Shown here piece after piece: positions 34,323 to 44,711 of a stretch of 64,000 bases of DNA. The stretch comes from Guillardia theta CCMP2712 (taxonomy: Eukaryota > Protista > Cryptophyta), in contig NW_005434658.1 in NCBI RefSeq assembly GCF_000315625.1, positions 826,651-890,650 on the forward strand. Direction: 5' to 3'. The notes under the pieces were generated by a model. It made no database searches. It was given only the letters and a program-made list of their open reading frames with translations, and was not told where the DNA came from. How positions within the stretch are numbered: position 1 is the first letter of the stretch; every line of letters begins with the position of its first letter. Both the position numbers and the translations under genes were made by a program.

Positions 34323-35263
34323 GAGAGATGTTTCTCTCGTCATTTTTTTAATGTGCAGGCATTCCGAACCCTTTCAAGTGAACTCGGAGGAGATCGCAGC
34401 ATGTTCTCGTCACGAGATGTAACAAGTAGTTGTACATTCTGTTGATTGCATGTCCAAAAACAAACTTACTTCACTCTCCCACACAATTTTGCACATCCGC
34501 ACTGAACAAAGCCGAGACAGCACAAACCAACCACCTTCCACCTATTCCTCTTATACCACACAGTTCCATCATGGGTTAGCAATCTTCCCATTGACGTACA
34601 CAGGCTGCGGGTCCTGCGCCCAGTAGTGCGTCTCATCCGAGGATGCGGTAGGCATCTACGAACAAGTTACAGGAGCACAGCGTGAGTGTAAACTGACGTA
34701 GTAGTCGGTCGTGTCGTAGGTTTCTGCTGTACCAGGCCAGAGGATCTGCAGGGTAGGAGCAGGAGCAGCGGATAACTTGCGGATGAGATCGAACATCTGG
34801 AAGCAAAGGACTCAATGCACAGCTCTACAAACTTCACAACTAGTTTGACAGCATTTGCCCCAGCCCCCTCTTGCTCTTTCAGTTGTTGCTACAAGATAAA
34901 CCCCGAAAACCTGTTCTGCTTGTTCACATCTCCTTCCTCTCTCTGTCTCCTCCCTCTCCTTCCACATCTCTCTCCTCTTCTTGCCCCCTCGCTTCTCGCG
35001 TCAGGCCATCGAGGCAGAGAAGGTACTACCCTCGAGGCCTTTTGGTAGTATATGAAAACTCTCATGTGGAATGTTTGCTGTCTTTCCGCAAGTCTTCTCC
35101 CTCCCCTCCCTCCCTCCCTCCCTCCCTCCCTCCCTCCCTCCCTCCCTCCTTGCTTCCTTGCTTCCTTGCTTCCTTGCTTCCTTGCTGCCTGCCCCAGCTG
35201 TACTTTCTCCTTCCCTGGCAAACTGACTCCGGAGATGACTCTCTTACGCTGCAGGTAGCAGCC

Positions 35264-35658
35264 ATGGGGAACGCGTCAGGGAGGGCTGCGGGCGAGGAGG
35301 CAGAGGGCGGCGGCAAGACGTTGAAGGAGGTTGTCTCATGCAAGGTGGATGAGCTGCAGAAGTGCCTCAAGGAGAACGGGGGCGATCGAACCAAGTGCGA
35401 GGTGAAGCAGAGACGTGCCCTCGCTCCTCCTCCTGCTTCTCGCTCTGAGCACCTGCTGCTGCTTCAGCAACCCCTCTCAGCTTGTACCCTGCCACATGCG
35501 CACGTCTCTTGTCTCTGCTCGCTCTCCCATGCTTTCGCTCTCCCTCAGTCTCCTCTCCTCACCTGTCATGGGCCGGGGTGGCTGCTGCAGCGCTGACTCA
35601 TGGCGAACAGAAGGAGATCGAGGAGTTCAAGTGCGCGTGCTCGGCCCCCAAGACGTGA
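35264..35658 (+). CDS. Small cysteine-motif (CHCH / twin CXnC-like) protein
   Basis: Two exons give MGNASG...SCKVDELQKCLKENGGDRTKCE|KEIEEFKCACSAPKT*, a four-Cys helical hairpin typical of mitochondrial intermembrane-space proteins. The MG start is compatible with myristoylation. Confidence 0.7.
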
Positions 35659-36320
35659 GGAGCGAGGACTGCTCTGTGGCGTGCTCGCCCTTTCTCTGCT
35701 GTACGATAGCGGTTGGCAGTGAACCAGCGAGCGAGCGATGAGCGTGTAGGAGGGCCTTGAGTTGTGATGGTGCAGGAGGAGCGAGTGGGCTTGGTTGAGC
35801 ATCATGCTTTAGTGTGGAGGAAGGAAGAGCAGCAGCTGGTCTACTCTCACAGATGCATAGAAGGATACCCTTCATCCTTGTCGTCTCTTTGACCTGCTGG
35901 CTCTCCTCCGACCCTCCGCCTGTTGGTGGGTGGTGGATGAGAAGAAACATCTTGTCTTTTCACTTGTCGGCACCTAGACTTTTGATCTTGCAACTGCTTG
36001 CTGCGAGCTGCCTCCATCCTCCCTGCATACTTGACGCAGGGCATCTCGCTTGGCATGTCATCGCCCACACTCAGTTCTGTCGCGTTTCGCAGTAGTTTCC
36101 GTTCCATTCATATTCATCATGACCACTGTCTCTTGCTCGTTACCAGAGCTTTCCTCCGACAGGTGTCTCTCTTGATTGGTACGGGCAGTCATGGTGGTTT
36201 TTGTACACACAACCTTGCGTAGGACCTTGAGCTCAACTGATTTTAGAATCACTGTTTACTAAGCACACGTACCCATCAGATCAGCGCCATGCTGTCTGGC
36301 ATTGTCATCCCATTTCCCTA
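35407..36320 (+). repeat. Segmental duplication block A (second copy at about 37097-38154)
   Basis: Near-identical sequence and duplicated ORFs (e.g. 36058-36252 = 37892-38086). The second copy lacks about 35565-35652 and carries a solo LTR. Confidence 0.95.
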
Positions 36321-36986
36321 AGCCTGCAGAGCGCTCGGCGCCGGACGCTGGCCGTACTCGAGGAGAGGCAGCGTCGAGCGAGTGGTCATCGAGGAGGCGT
36401 GGCTGGCGCGGTACATGTCGCTAGGGGCCGACGAGGACGAGCTGTAAGGGGGAACGTGTCGGAAGAAAGGCGTAATAAAGCGAGGGCCGCTGCGATGAGC
36501 TTGCGGAGCAGGAGAGAGGTTGTCTAGAGGCGGCAGGCGACTCCAGCAGGTTCATCGCAAGGGTCCAGCTCATCCAGGGGCGAGAAGGAGCTGACTGCAG
36601 TCACGAGACATAAAGCTCTGCGTTTAGAACAAAATCTTTCGATCCGAGGTGCTCGAAGCAAAGCGGAAAAACGCTTCTGCCGCTCGATCGCAGAACGTGT
36701 ACTCCTCACGCAGCAGCCCTTGCCTGCAGCCGCCTCACCCTCCCCTCCCGGCACAAACAAGCAACAAGGTACTGGATGGTGGCCTCCACGAAGTTGAGAT
36801 GACTGCCGTACTCGCTCTCAAAGTAGACGATGTGCCTGCACTCCCGTCAGCCCCTCGCACGTAGCGAGCAGACGGCTCTGCTTGCTCACTTGTTGTCATG
36901 CAGCTCATCCACCGGCAGCACCTGCCAGCACCTGCCAGTCTCACGGTAAGGGAGGCCGCAGCTCCTCGCATCACCTGCCTCCAGTC
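36320..36986 (+). pseudogene. Duplicated fragment: 3' end of the RWP-RK gene (+) and 3' exons of the ABHD hydrolase (-)
   Basis: Near-identical to 40606-41355 except for one internal deletion. It starts mid-exon (ACRALGAGRWPYSRR...) and has no start codon for either gene. Confidence 0.85.
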
Positions 36987-37117
36987 GAGCAGGTACATAG
37001 GAGTGGCAGCATGTGGGCGTGGGCATGAGCGTAGGCGTGGGCGTAATATTGGCATGAGCTTGACGTTGATCAGGATCTCAATTGCGAGTTGAAGCAGCAG
37101 AGACGCGCCCTCACTCC

Positions 37118-37345
37118 TGTTAGGAAAACTTCCTACAAGTATCTCTCGATCCAGTGTTGACACACGAAGTGATCCCGTCAAGAAACCAAAGAGCAAGCGT
37201 GTGACAGCAATGCACAATTCAACGGCAATTTACTCCAAATCAACGTTAGAGATAAAGAAAAGTAAGTAATCTAATTTCCTAAGAAACGATACTGCCTAGG
37301 ACACCTACTTGAGAAAGACAGAAAGTCAGTAAACATATCCTATCA
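37118..37345. mobile_element. Solo LTR (228 bp) of an LTR retrotransposon
   Basis: Termini TGTTAGGA...TCCTATCA (TG..CA, 7/8 inverted match) are flanked by the 5-bp target-site duplication ACTCC (37113-37117 and 37346-37350). The paralogous site at about 35423 is empty. Confidence 0.85.
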
Positions 37346-38333
37346 ACTCCTCCTCCTGCTTCTCGCTCTGAGCACCTGCGGCTGCTTCAGCAACCCCTCT
37401 CAGCTTGTACCCTGCCACATGCGCAAGTCTCTTGTCTCTGCTCGCTCTCCCACGCTTTCGCTCTCCCTCAGTCTCCTCTCCTCACCTCGTGAGGAGCGAG
37501 GACTGCTCTGTGGCGTGCTCGCCCTTTCTCTGCTGTACGATAGCGGTTGGCAGTGAACCAGCGAGCGAGCGATGAGCGTTTAGGAGGGCCTTGTGTTGTG
37601 ATGGTGTAGGAGGAGCGAGTGGGCTTGGTTGAGCATCATGCTTTAGTGTGGAGTAGGGAAGAGCAGCAGCTGGTCTACTCTCACAGATGCATAGAAGGAA
37701 ACCCTTCATCCTTGTCCTCTCCTTGACCTGCTGGCTCTCCTCCGACCCTCCGCCTGTTGGTGGGTGGTGGATAAGAAGAAACATCTTGTCTTTTCACCTG
37801 TCGGCACCTAGACTTTTGATCTTGCAACTGCTTGCTGAGAGCTGCCTCCATCCTCCCTGCATACTTGACGCAGGGCATCTCGCTTGGCATGTCATCGCCC
37901 ACACTCAGTTCTGTCGCGTTTCGCAGTAGTTTCCGTTCCATTCATATTCATCATGACCACTGTCTCTTGCTCGTTACCAGAGCTTTCCTCCGACAGGTGT
38001 CTCTCTTGATTGGTACGGGCAGTCATGGTGGTTTTTGTACACACAACCTTGCGTAGGACCTTGAGCTCAACTGATTTTAGAATCACTGTTTACTAAGCAC
38101 ACGTACCCATCAGATCAGCGCCATGCTGTCTGGCATTGTCATCCCATTTCCCTACGCTACGTCCAAGGGGGTCCCGGTATGAGTCCAGAATACAACATCG
38201 CTCCCACTGCGTGACGACAAGAAGGTCCCCCCTGTCGTTGACTTCGCTCAGAAGAACCTTAAGTAAAGGATCTGCAGAGGAAGAGGAAAAAGAGCTGCGG
38301 GAAGGTGACGCTTGATGAGGCAATAAAGAAGGT

Positions 38334-38500
38334 TCAAATCGGTGCGGAAGCTGATTTCCAGGAATGATCAGCTAGGTTGGGATAGCCTTTCCAATGAACG
38401 AGATATTGAATACCACGACCACGTTGACGTTTGTCGAGAATCTGGTCCACTTCGTATTGGGATACGACAGTGTTGATGATCCGAGGCTCGGTTGAAGATA
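38334..38500 (-). mobile_element. Chromodomain relic, likely from a Ty3/gypsy chromovirus integrase
   Basis: EPRIINTVVSQYEVDQILDKRQRGRGIQYLVHWKGYPNLADHSWKSA matches integrase-type chromodomains. It is isolated, with no adjacent RT/IN ORF. Confidence 0.75.
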
Positions 38501-38615
38501 GATAGATCAAGTCAGACTTCAATCAAGGGCTGACTATGTTCACTCAACGTAAAACGACACACACGCATCTGCATCACGGTCCAAGAGAGATCCCCGTCTG
38601 TGTGTTAGATCGTCC

Positions 38616-39230
38616 TTACAGCTCGTCCTCGTCGGCCCCTAGCGACATGTACCGCGCCAGCCACGCCTCCTCGATGACCACTCGCTCGCCGCTGCCTCTC
38701 CTCGAGTACGGCCAGCGTCCGGCGCCGAGCGCTCTGCAGGCTTTCTTGAGGGCGGAGACCGAGAGGCCCTGAGGAAGAGCTCAGTCAGGCTTGGAGGGTG
38801 ATGGACACCTCCAGTGACAGAGACAAAGAGGGAGAGAGGGAGAGGGAGAGGGAGAGACAGGATGGCAGGGGACGGGGGGGTTTGAAGTGCGGTGAGGAGG
38901 AGTCTCTGTACTCACCAGCTCCCTGGCCGCGTCCTGCTGGCTGAGATGCATGAGGGAGCAGATCCGGTCGCGGGTGATGCGCTGGAAGGAAGGAGCGCGA
39001 GGGCAGTTGGGGGTATCAGGGGAGGGGCGGCGGGGATAGACGATGCGAACGGTCTGAATAGGGGGAGGAGCGGGAGAGGGAGGGGGAGGGGGAGGGGAGT
39101 TTGAGGGAAGAAGGGAGGAGGGAGAGGGAGCGGAGGATGAGGAGGGGGTCAGGGAGAAGAGGGAAGCGAAGGGGCAGAGAGCGGAGGGAAGAAGAGAGGA
39201 GGGAGGGAGCGGGAGGGAGCAGTCGCTCAT
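38616..39230 (-). CDS. RWP-RK domain transcription factor, inverted copy
   Basis: Reverse complement of 40103-40733 with the intron, ATG and stop retained. Reads ITRDRICSLMHLSQQDAAREL|GLSVSALKKACRALGAGRWPYSRR. Confidence 0.7.
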
Positions 39231-39543
39231 GGGCTGAGGTTACTCGTCGCTTTCCGGCGCCCGACGTCTCCCTGAAGCTTGCAATCGCTAGCCCCTTTAT
39301 ATATCTTTTTTTTTTTTTCAGCTTGCAGGGCTCTAAAACCTTCGTACTGGAACTTGGCTTCTACCTCAGGGGTCCTCTCAGATCTCCTAGAGGCTCTCCT
39401 ATGTGATCTGACTCGTACAAGGGCTCTCATGGGGGTGAGAGCCACTCATTACAAGATACCAACAGCTGCGTATTGGAACAATCAGACACTGCCAGGGGGG
39501 TAGGGTAGCAGGTTAGATACGGGATCTAAGCAGGGTATATGGG

Positions 39544-40030
39544 GTACTAGGCTTGCTTTGATTGAAACCAAAAAGACTCAAGCCTGCCTCAGCATCGTCA
39601 TGTGACCAGGTAAAACGTGTTTGCCTGTCACACCAGGGACACGGGACCTCTGGATGGACTCCGGGACGCAAGAGAACTGAGGGCCAAAAGCAGTCATGTT
39701 TACAACAACATGAAGTCGAACAAAAGCGAATGCGCACCACTCGAGTCGATTGAAACCAAGAGCCTGGACTCAAGCTCACGCTCAGCATCGTCACGTGACC
39801 GTTTGCCTGTCTGTGTGTTCCCACGGCTCACAGCCCCTCTCCGATCTCTTAGTGGCTCTCCTATGTATATGTCGGGCTTGAAGGTACTGGGCTTACTTTG
39901 ATTGAAACCAAAAAGACTCAAGCCTGCCTCAGCATCGTCATGTGACCGGGATACAAGAGAACTGAGGGTCAAAAGCAAGTTTACAACATCATGAAGTCGA
40001 ACAAAAGCGAATGCGCAGCGATTGAAAACA
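39544..40030 (+). repeat. Imperfect internal direct repeats in the spacer between the two RWP-RK copies
   Basis: GATTGAAACCAA...GACTCAAGC...CTCAGCATCGTCA(T/C)GTGACC at about 39560, 39748 and 39900. CATGAAGTCGAACAAAAGCGAATGCGCA at about 39709 and 39990. Confidence 0.85.
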
Positions 40031-40102
40031 TAAGGGGGCTATGGATACCTACAGAGTATCTAGGGACGTCGGGCGCCGGAAAGCGACGAGTAACCTCAGC
40101 CC

Positions 40103-40733
40103 ATGAGCGACTGCTCCCTCCCGCTCCCTCCCTCCTCCCTTCTTCCCTCCGCTCTCTGCCCCTTCGCTTCCCTCTTCTCCCTGAACCCCTCCTCATCCTC
40201 CGCTCCCTCCCCCTCCTCCCTTCTTCCCTCAAACTCCCCTCCCCCTCCGCATCCCTCTCCCGCTCCTCCCCCTATTCAGACCGTTCGCATCGTCTATCCC
40301 CGCCGCCCCTCCCCTGATACCCCCAACTGCCCTCGCGCTCCTTCCTTCCAGCGCATCACCCGCGACCGGATCTGCTCCCTCATGCATCTCAGCCAGCAGG
40401 ACGCGGCAAGGGAGCTGGTGAGTACAGAGACTCCTCCTCACCGCACTTCAAACCCCCCCGTCCCCTGCCATCCTGTCTCCCCCTCCCCCTCCCCCTCCTT
40501 CTCCCTCTCTCCTTCTTTGTCTCTGTCTCTGTCACTGGAGGTGTCCATCACCCTCCAAGCCTGACTGAGCTCTTCCTCAGGGCCTCTCGGTCTCCGCCCT
40601 CAAGAAAGCCTGCAGAGCGCTCGGCGCCGGACGCTGGCCGTACTCGAGGAGAGGCAGCGGCGAGCGAGTGGTCATCGAGGAGGCGTGGCTGGCGCGGTAC
40701 ATGTCGCTAGGGGCCGACGAGGACGAGCTGTAA
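40103..40733 (+). CDS. RWP-RK domain transcription factor
   Basis: Intron 40418-40580 joins RIVYPRR...MHLSQQDAAREL to GLSVSALKKACRALGAGRWPYSRR, matching the RWP-RK consensus. An alternative model starts at ATG 39991 with an extra intron 40090-40279. Confidence 0.85.
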
Positions 40734-40992
40734 GGGGGAACGTGTCGGAGGAAAAGCGTAATAAAGCGAGGGCCGCTGCGATGAGCTTGCGGAGCAGGAG
40801 AGAGGTTGTCTAGAGGCGGCAGGCGACTCCAGCAGGTTCATCGCAAGGGTCCAGCTCATCCAGGGGCGAGAAGGAGCTGACTGCAGTCACGAGACATAAA
40901 GCTCCGACCAAGCTCTGCTCTCGAGCCTCTCTCGGTGCAAGTGTGGCGCATCATATGCGAGCGATGCAGTCAGACGCGATCCGTCTCCTCGT

Positions 40993-42783
40993 TTAGAACA
41001 AAATCTTTCGATCCGAGGTGCTCGAAGCAAAGCGGAAAAACGCTTCTGCCGCTCGATCGCAGAACGTGTACTCCTCACGCAGCAGCCCTTGCCTGCAGCC
41101 GCCTCACCCTCCCCTCCCGACACAAACAAGCAACAAGGTACTGGATGGTGGCCTCCACGAAGTTGAGATGACTGCCGTACTCGCTCTCAAAGTAGACGAT
41201 GTGCCTGCACTCCCGTCAGCCCCTCGCACGTAGCGAGCAGACGGCTCTGCTTGCTCACTTGTTGTCATGCAGCTCATCCACCGGCAGCACCTGCCAGCAC
41301 CTGCCAGTCTCACGGTAAGGGAGGCCGCAGCTCCTCGCATCACGTGCCTCCAGTCTCCTTCCGTGAAGAGCGGGTCGTCGCTGGACTGGAGGCAGAGCAG
41401 GGGGATGTTGACCTTGGAGATGAAGGGCCGGCTTGCAACCTGATTGTAGTACTCCTGCATGTCGTGGTAGCCGTACACTTGCTTCACCAGCACCTGCCTC
41501 AGCCCGCGTCATCCTCATGTCACGTCCCCCTCCCATGAGGCTCTGACCTCGTCCAGCTCCGAGTGCTTCGCAGCAGCAAGCGCCTTCTCCAGCTCGAAGC
41601 CCTCGACGTGCTCCCGCAGCTCCTCCCCGTAGTTCCTGAGGTACTCCTGGTGGAGGTACGTCATCCCCCGGCTGTAGACCTGCTCTCCTAGCGGAGTTTG
41701 CTCCAGCCGCTGCAGGTGAAGCTCGTACTCAAACCCGTTGCAGACCGACAAGGCAGCGGTCAGCATGTGATCCTCCGCGTTCATCCCGATGTACTTGACT
41801 AGCTGATTTGACCCCATCGAGAACCCAGCAGCGAAGATCGGAGAGGTGGGGAACCGCTTGGAGGCATGGTAGATCGTCATGGTCATGTCCGTCAGGTCCA
41901 CGGGACTCGACACCTTCCCGTTCTTCAGCGGGCAGTTGAACCCTCGCCAGTTCAGCACACACACTTTCCACCTGAGGGCCGTCAGGATTCTCTTGACGAA
42001 GCTGCGGATGTAATCTTTGTCGCTGTGCCCAGCCAGTCCTGGGAACACACAGAGAACACACTCGCTCGAGGGTTCTCCGTCAGGACAGCAGTCGTTCGCC
42101 TCAGGGAAGGCCCAGTCGACGGCAAGAAGCCCTCCCGAGCTGTGACTGTACGTCAGATGACTCTGCTATCAGGAGGCAGGGAACAACCTGTCGTACAGCT
42201 CCACTCTCTCATACTTGACTGAGTGCTCCACCAGAGTCGGTGCTGCACTGCATAGCATCGAGGAGTACCATGCTGGCAGCTTGTACTCTCCGAGCTTCTC
42301 CAGTTCGTTTACAAGCGCTTCGTTGAAGTCTGGGGCCACGTCACTCGCACATGCACAGGGAGGAGGAGCAACGACCCGTCGGTTGGTAACAAGCAAAGTG
42401 CCGATGAAAGTTCCTCACGTGCAGCTGGATGAAGGTCAGCAAGAATGACTCAAGCAAGGCACAGCGAGAGCGCCGACCTCTTTGCCGATCATTGAGCCCT
42501 CGAAGACGATGGGATGCTTCTTGGGAGGAGGGACATAATCTTCGGGGACTAAGGATTCTCTGAACCCGTAGGGGATCTTCTTCTTCTTCTTCTTCGAGTC
42601 CTCCGTCCTCTCCGCCATCGACGATGCCATCGGCGATAGAGGGCTCAAGAGCTCGATCAAAGACCAGAAGCTCAACTCACTCTGCGAATCGCTTCCACTC
42701 TCCTTCCTGTCGTCTTCGACCCCGTTCTTCTCTCCAAAAGATTCCTCCTGCACATCCTTGCCCTTGCTCGCTGCGTCCGCCAT
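40993..42783 (-). CDS. Alpha/beta hydrolase of the ABHD1/2/3 (YheT / AB hydrolase 4) family
   Basis: LAVDW, PGLAGHSDKDYIR, LNWRG, nucleophile GFSMG, GYHDMQEYY...NIPLLCLQSSDDP and YGSHLNF. The catalytic triad appears intact. Confidence 0.9.
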
Positions 42784-43494
42784 GCCTTGCTGTATCAACA
42801 GGTTTGTTGCGTGATAGACCAGGCAATTTTGTCCAAGCCTTCACTGCATATCCTATTGCCCGATGGTCAGCGAGGAACGAGGTTCTACCAAAACAGATGT
42901 GTGCTTCCCGTGGACACAACCGATCACACAAGCATCTCAGGCACAGGTTGACCGAGGCATGTCTCATCGATACTGAGCTTTTCATCTATCTTGACATGAA
43001 TCGCACCGTTCACTCTGACTTGTCATCGTTTGAGCTACACATCCTGACCCTCTAAAAACCGTGATGAAACACTATTTGCACCAGTACAATGAACAAAAAA
43101 AGCAGGTATATAGGTGTTTGCAGCCAGGGACGATAGGAGTGGCAGCATGTGGGCGTGCGCATGAGCGTAGGCGTCGGGGCGTGGGCGTGACATTTGCTTG
43201 AACTTGAGCTTGATCAGGATCTCAAGTGCGAGTCGAAGTTAAAGTTCCGGCATGGGAGCAGGAACAGGTCCGTTACAGGGACGAGGATGAGGAACAGGAG
43301 CAAAAGGAGCGGTAGGAACTGGCAGCAGCAGTGGATGATGATGATCAGGAGGAGGAGGAGGTAGATCGCTGGAATGTGAGGAGTACCCAGAGCACGATAA
43401 CAGGAGGAGTACCATGAAAAGGAGGACGAAGGAGAGAAATGCTACGAGAAGGAGGAGGATCAGCAACAGCAGCAGGGGCAGGGGCAGGGGCAGC

Positions 43495-43718
43495 AGCAGC
43501 AGGAGGAGGAGCAGCAGCAGGAGGAGGGGCAGGAGGAGGGCAGGGACAGGGGCAGGAGGAGGAGAAGCAGGAGAAGGAGCAGGAGCAGGAGAAGCAGGAG
43601 GAGCAGGAGCAGGAGCAGGAGCAGGAGAAGGAGCAGGAGCAGGAGGAGAAGGAGCAGGAGCAGGAGGATCAGCAGGAGCAGGAGGAGCAGGAGGAGGAGC
43701 AGGAGGAGGAGCAGGAGG
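43495..43718. repeat. (GCAGGA/GGA)n low-complexity tract
   Basis: Direct observation. Confidence 0.85.
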
Positions 43719-44711
43719 ACGGTTGTTGTTCACTGTGCGATCCCACGGTGAATGATGCGACATCTCCCCCGATGAAACATACCAATGGGGTAGGGTACTA
43801 ATTGATGACCCCTGATAATTTTTTATGATACCCCTTCAACTTCCAGATATTTGACTGAGAATCAGGGGGTACAGGAATGATGTGACGGGGTGGAACAGGT
43901 AACTTCTGGGTAGTGCGCGAAGGGTGGGGTTACCAAAAGGGGGTGGTTACCTTTAAAACACACGGCATGGGATCTAAGGGGTGGGGTGGGTTGATCTTTC
44001 TGAGGCGGATCAGGTTTGCTTTGAACTGTGACCTCCCCCCAAACCCCGTGTTCCCTGTCCACCCTACCCCCTGGAAATGACTGAATATTGCCTCCAAATT
44101 ACCCCTCTGAGGACTACCAGCACCGGTACATGTTGCGACATCACCCCTTCATTTGCCTTGATTTGGTCTATACATTCCGGGATTTCTAGTACCCCCAACC
44201 CTTCAAATTCACATCCCACCATGCTCAACAATACCCCTACCGGTCATCGCATGGATGAAGGGAGGGTGGGGGTCAGAAAAACGCACCCCCCCACCCCCCT
44301 CTCTAAGGCCTTGTTTGTCTGCAGGGCATGGAATGGTCGGGAGTGCGAAAGGCGGGAAGGGGAGCGAGGGGGAGGAGGATCAGGAGAAGACGAAGGGGAA
44401 GAGAGAAAATATGCCGAAGATGCCTCGAAAAGAGTGGGAAGAAGAAGCGCGAAGACGGCAAGAGGGGGGCGGAGGGAAGCAAAGTCATGGAGGTAACAGC
44501 TGTGTGGAAAGGAAACATGCTACTGAAGTCCGTGAATGTTGGAGGCTAACTGTTATTGATTGCCAGATGGGATAAAGATTCAACATCGAAGGATTTGTGA
44601 TTGCTTTGAAGAATCTTTTCCTTGATGTTAAGGGGGTTTCGAACAAATTCGGAACCACATACTTAACTTTTCCAGGAATTGTGACAAATCTGCTTGTAAA
44701 GGACGAGGAAG

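Noticed and set aside
35800-36252. Short ORFs conserved in both copies of block A
   Set aside because: Conservation reflects recent duplication; no coherent gene model or domain could be built.
39544-40030. Repeat-spacer pattern resembling CRISPR
   Set aside because: Only three degenerate copies at irregular spacing, and the intervening sequences are partly duplicated too.
43239-43801. Pro/Ala-rich, Gly-rich and Glu/Gln-rich ORFs
   Set aside because: All three frames are artefacts of the GCAGGA repeat.
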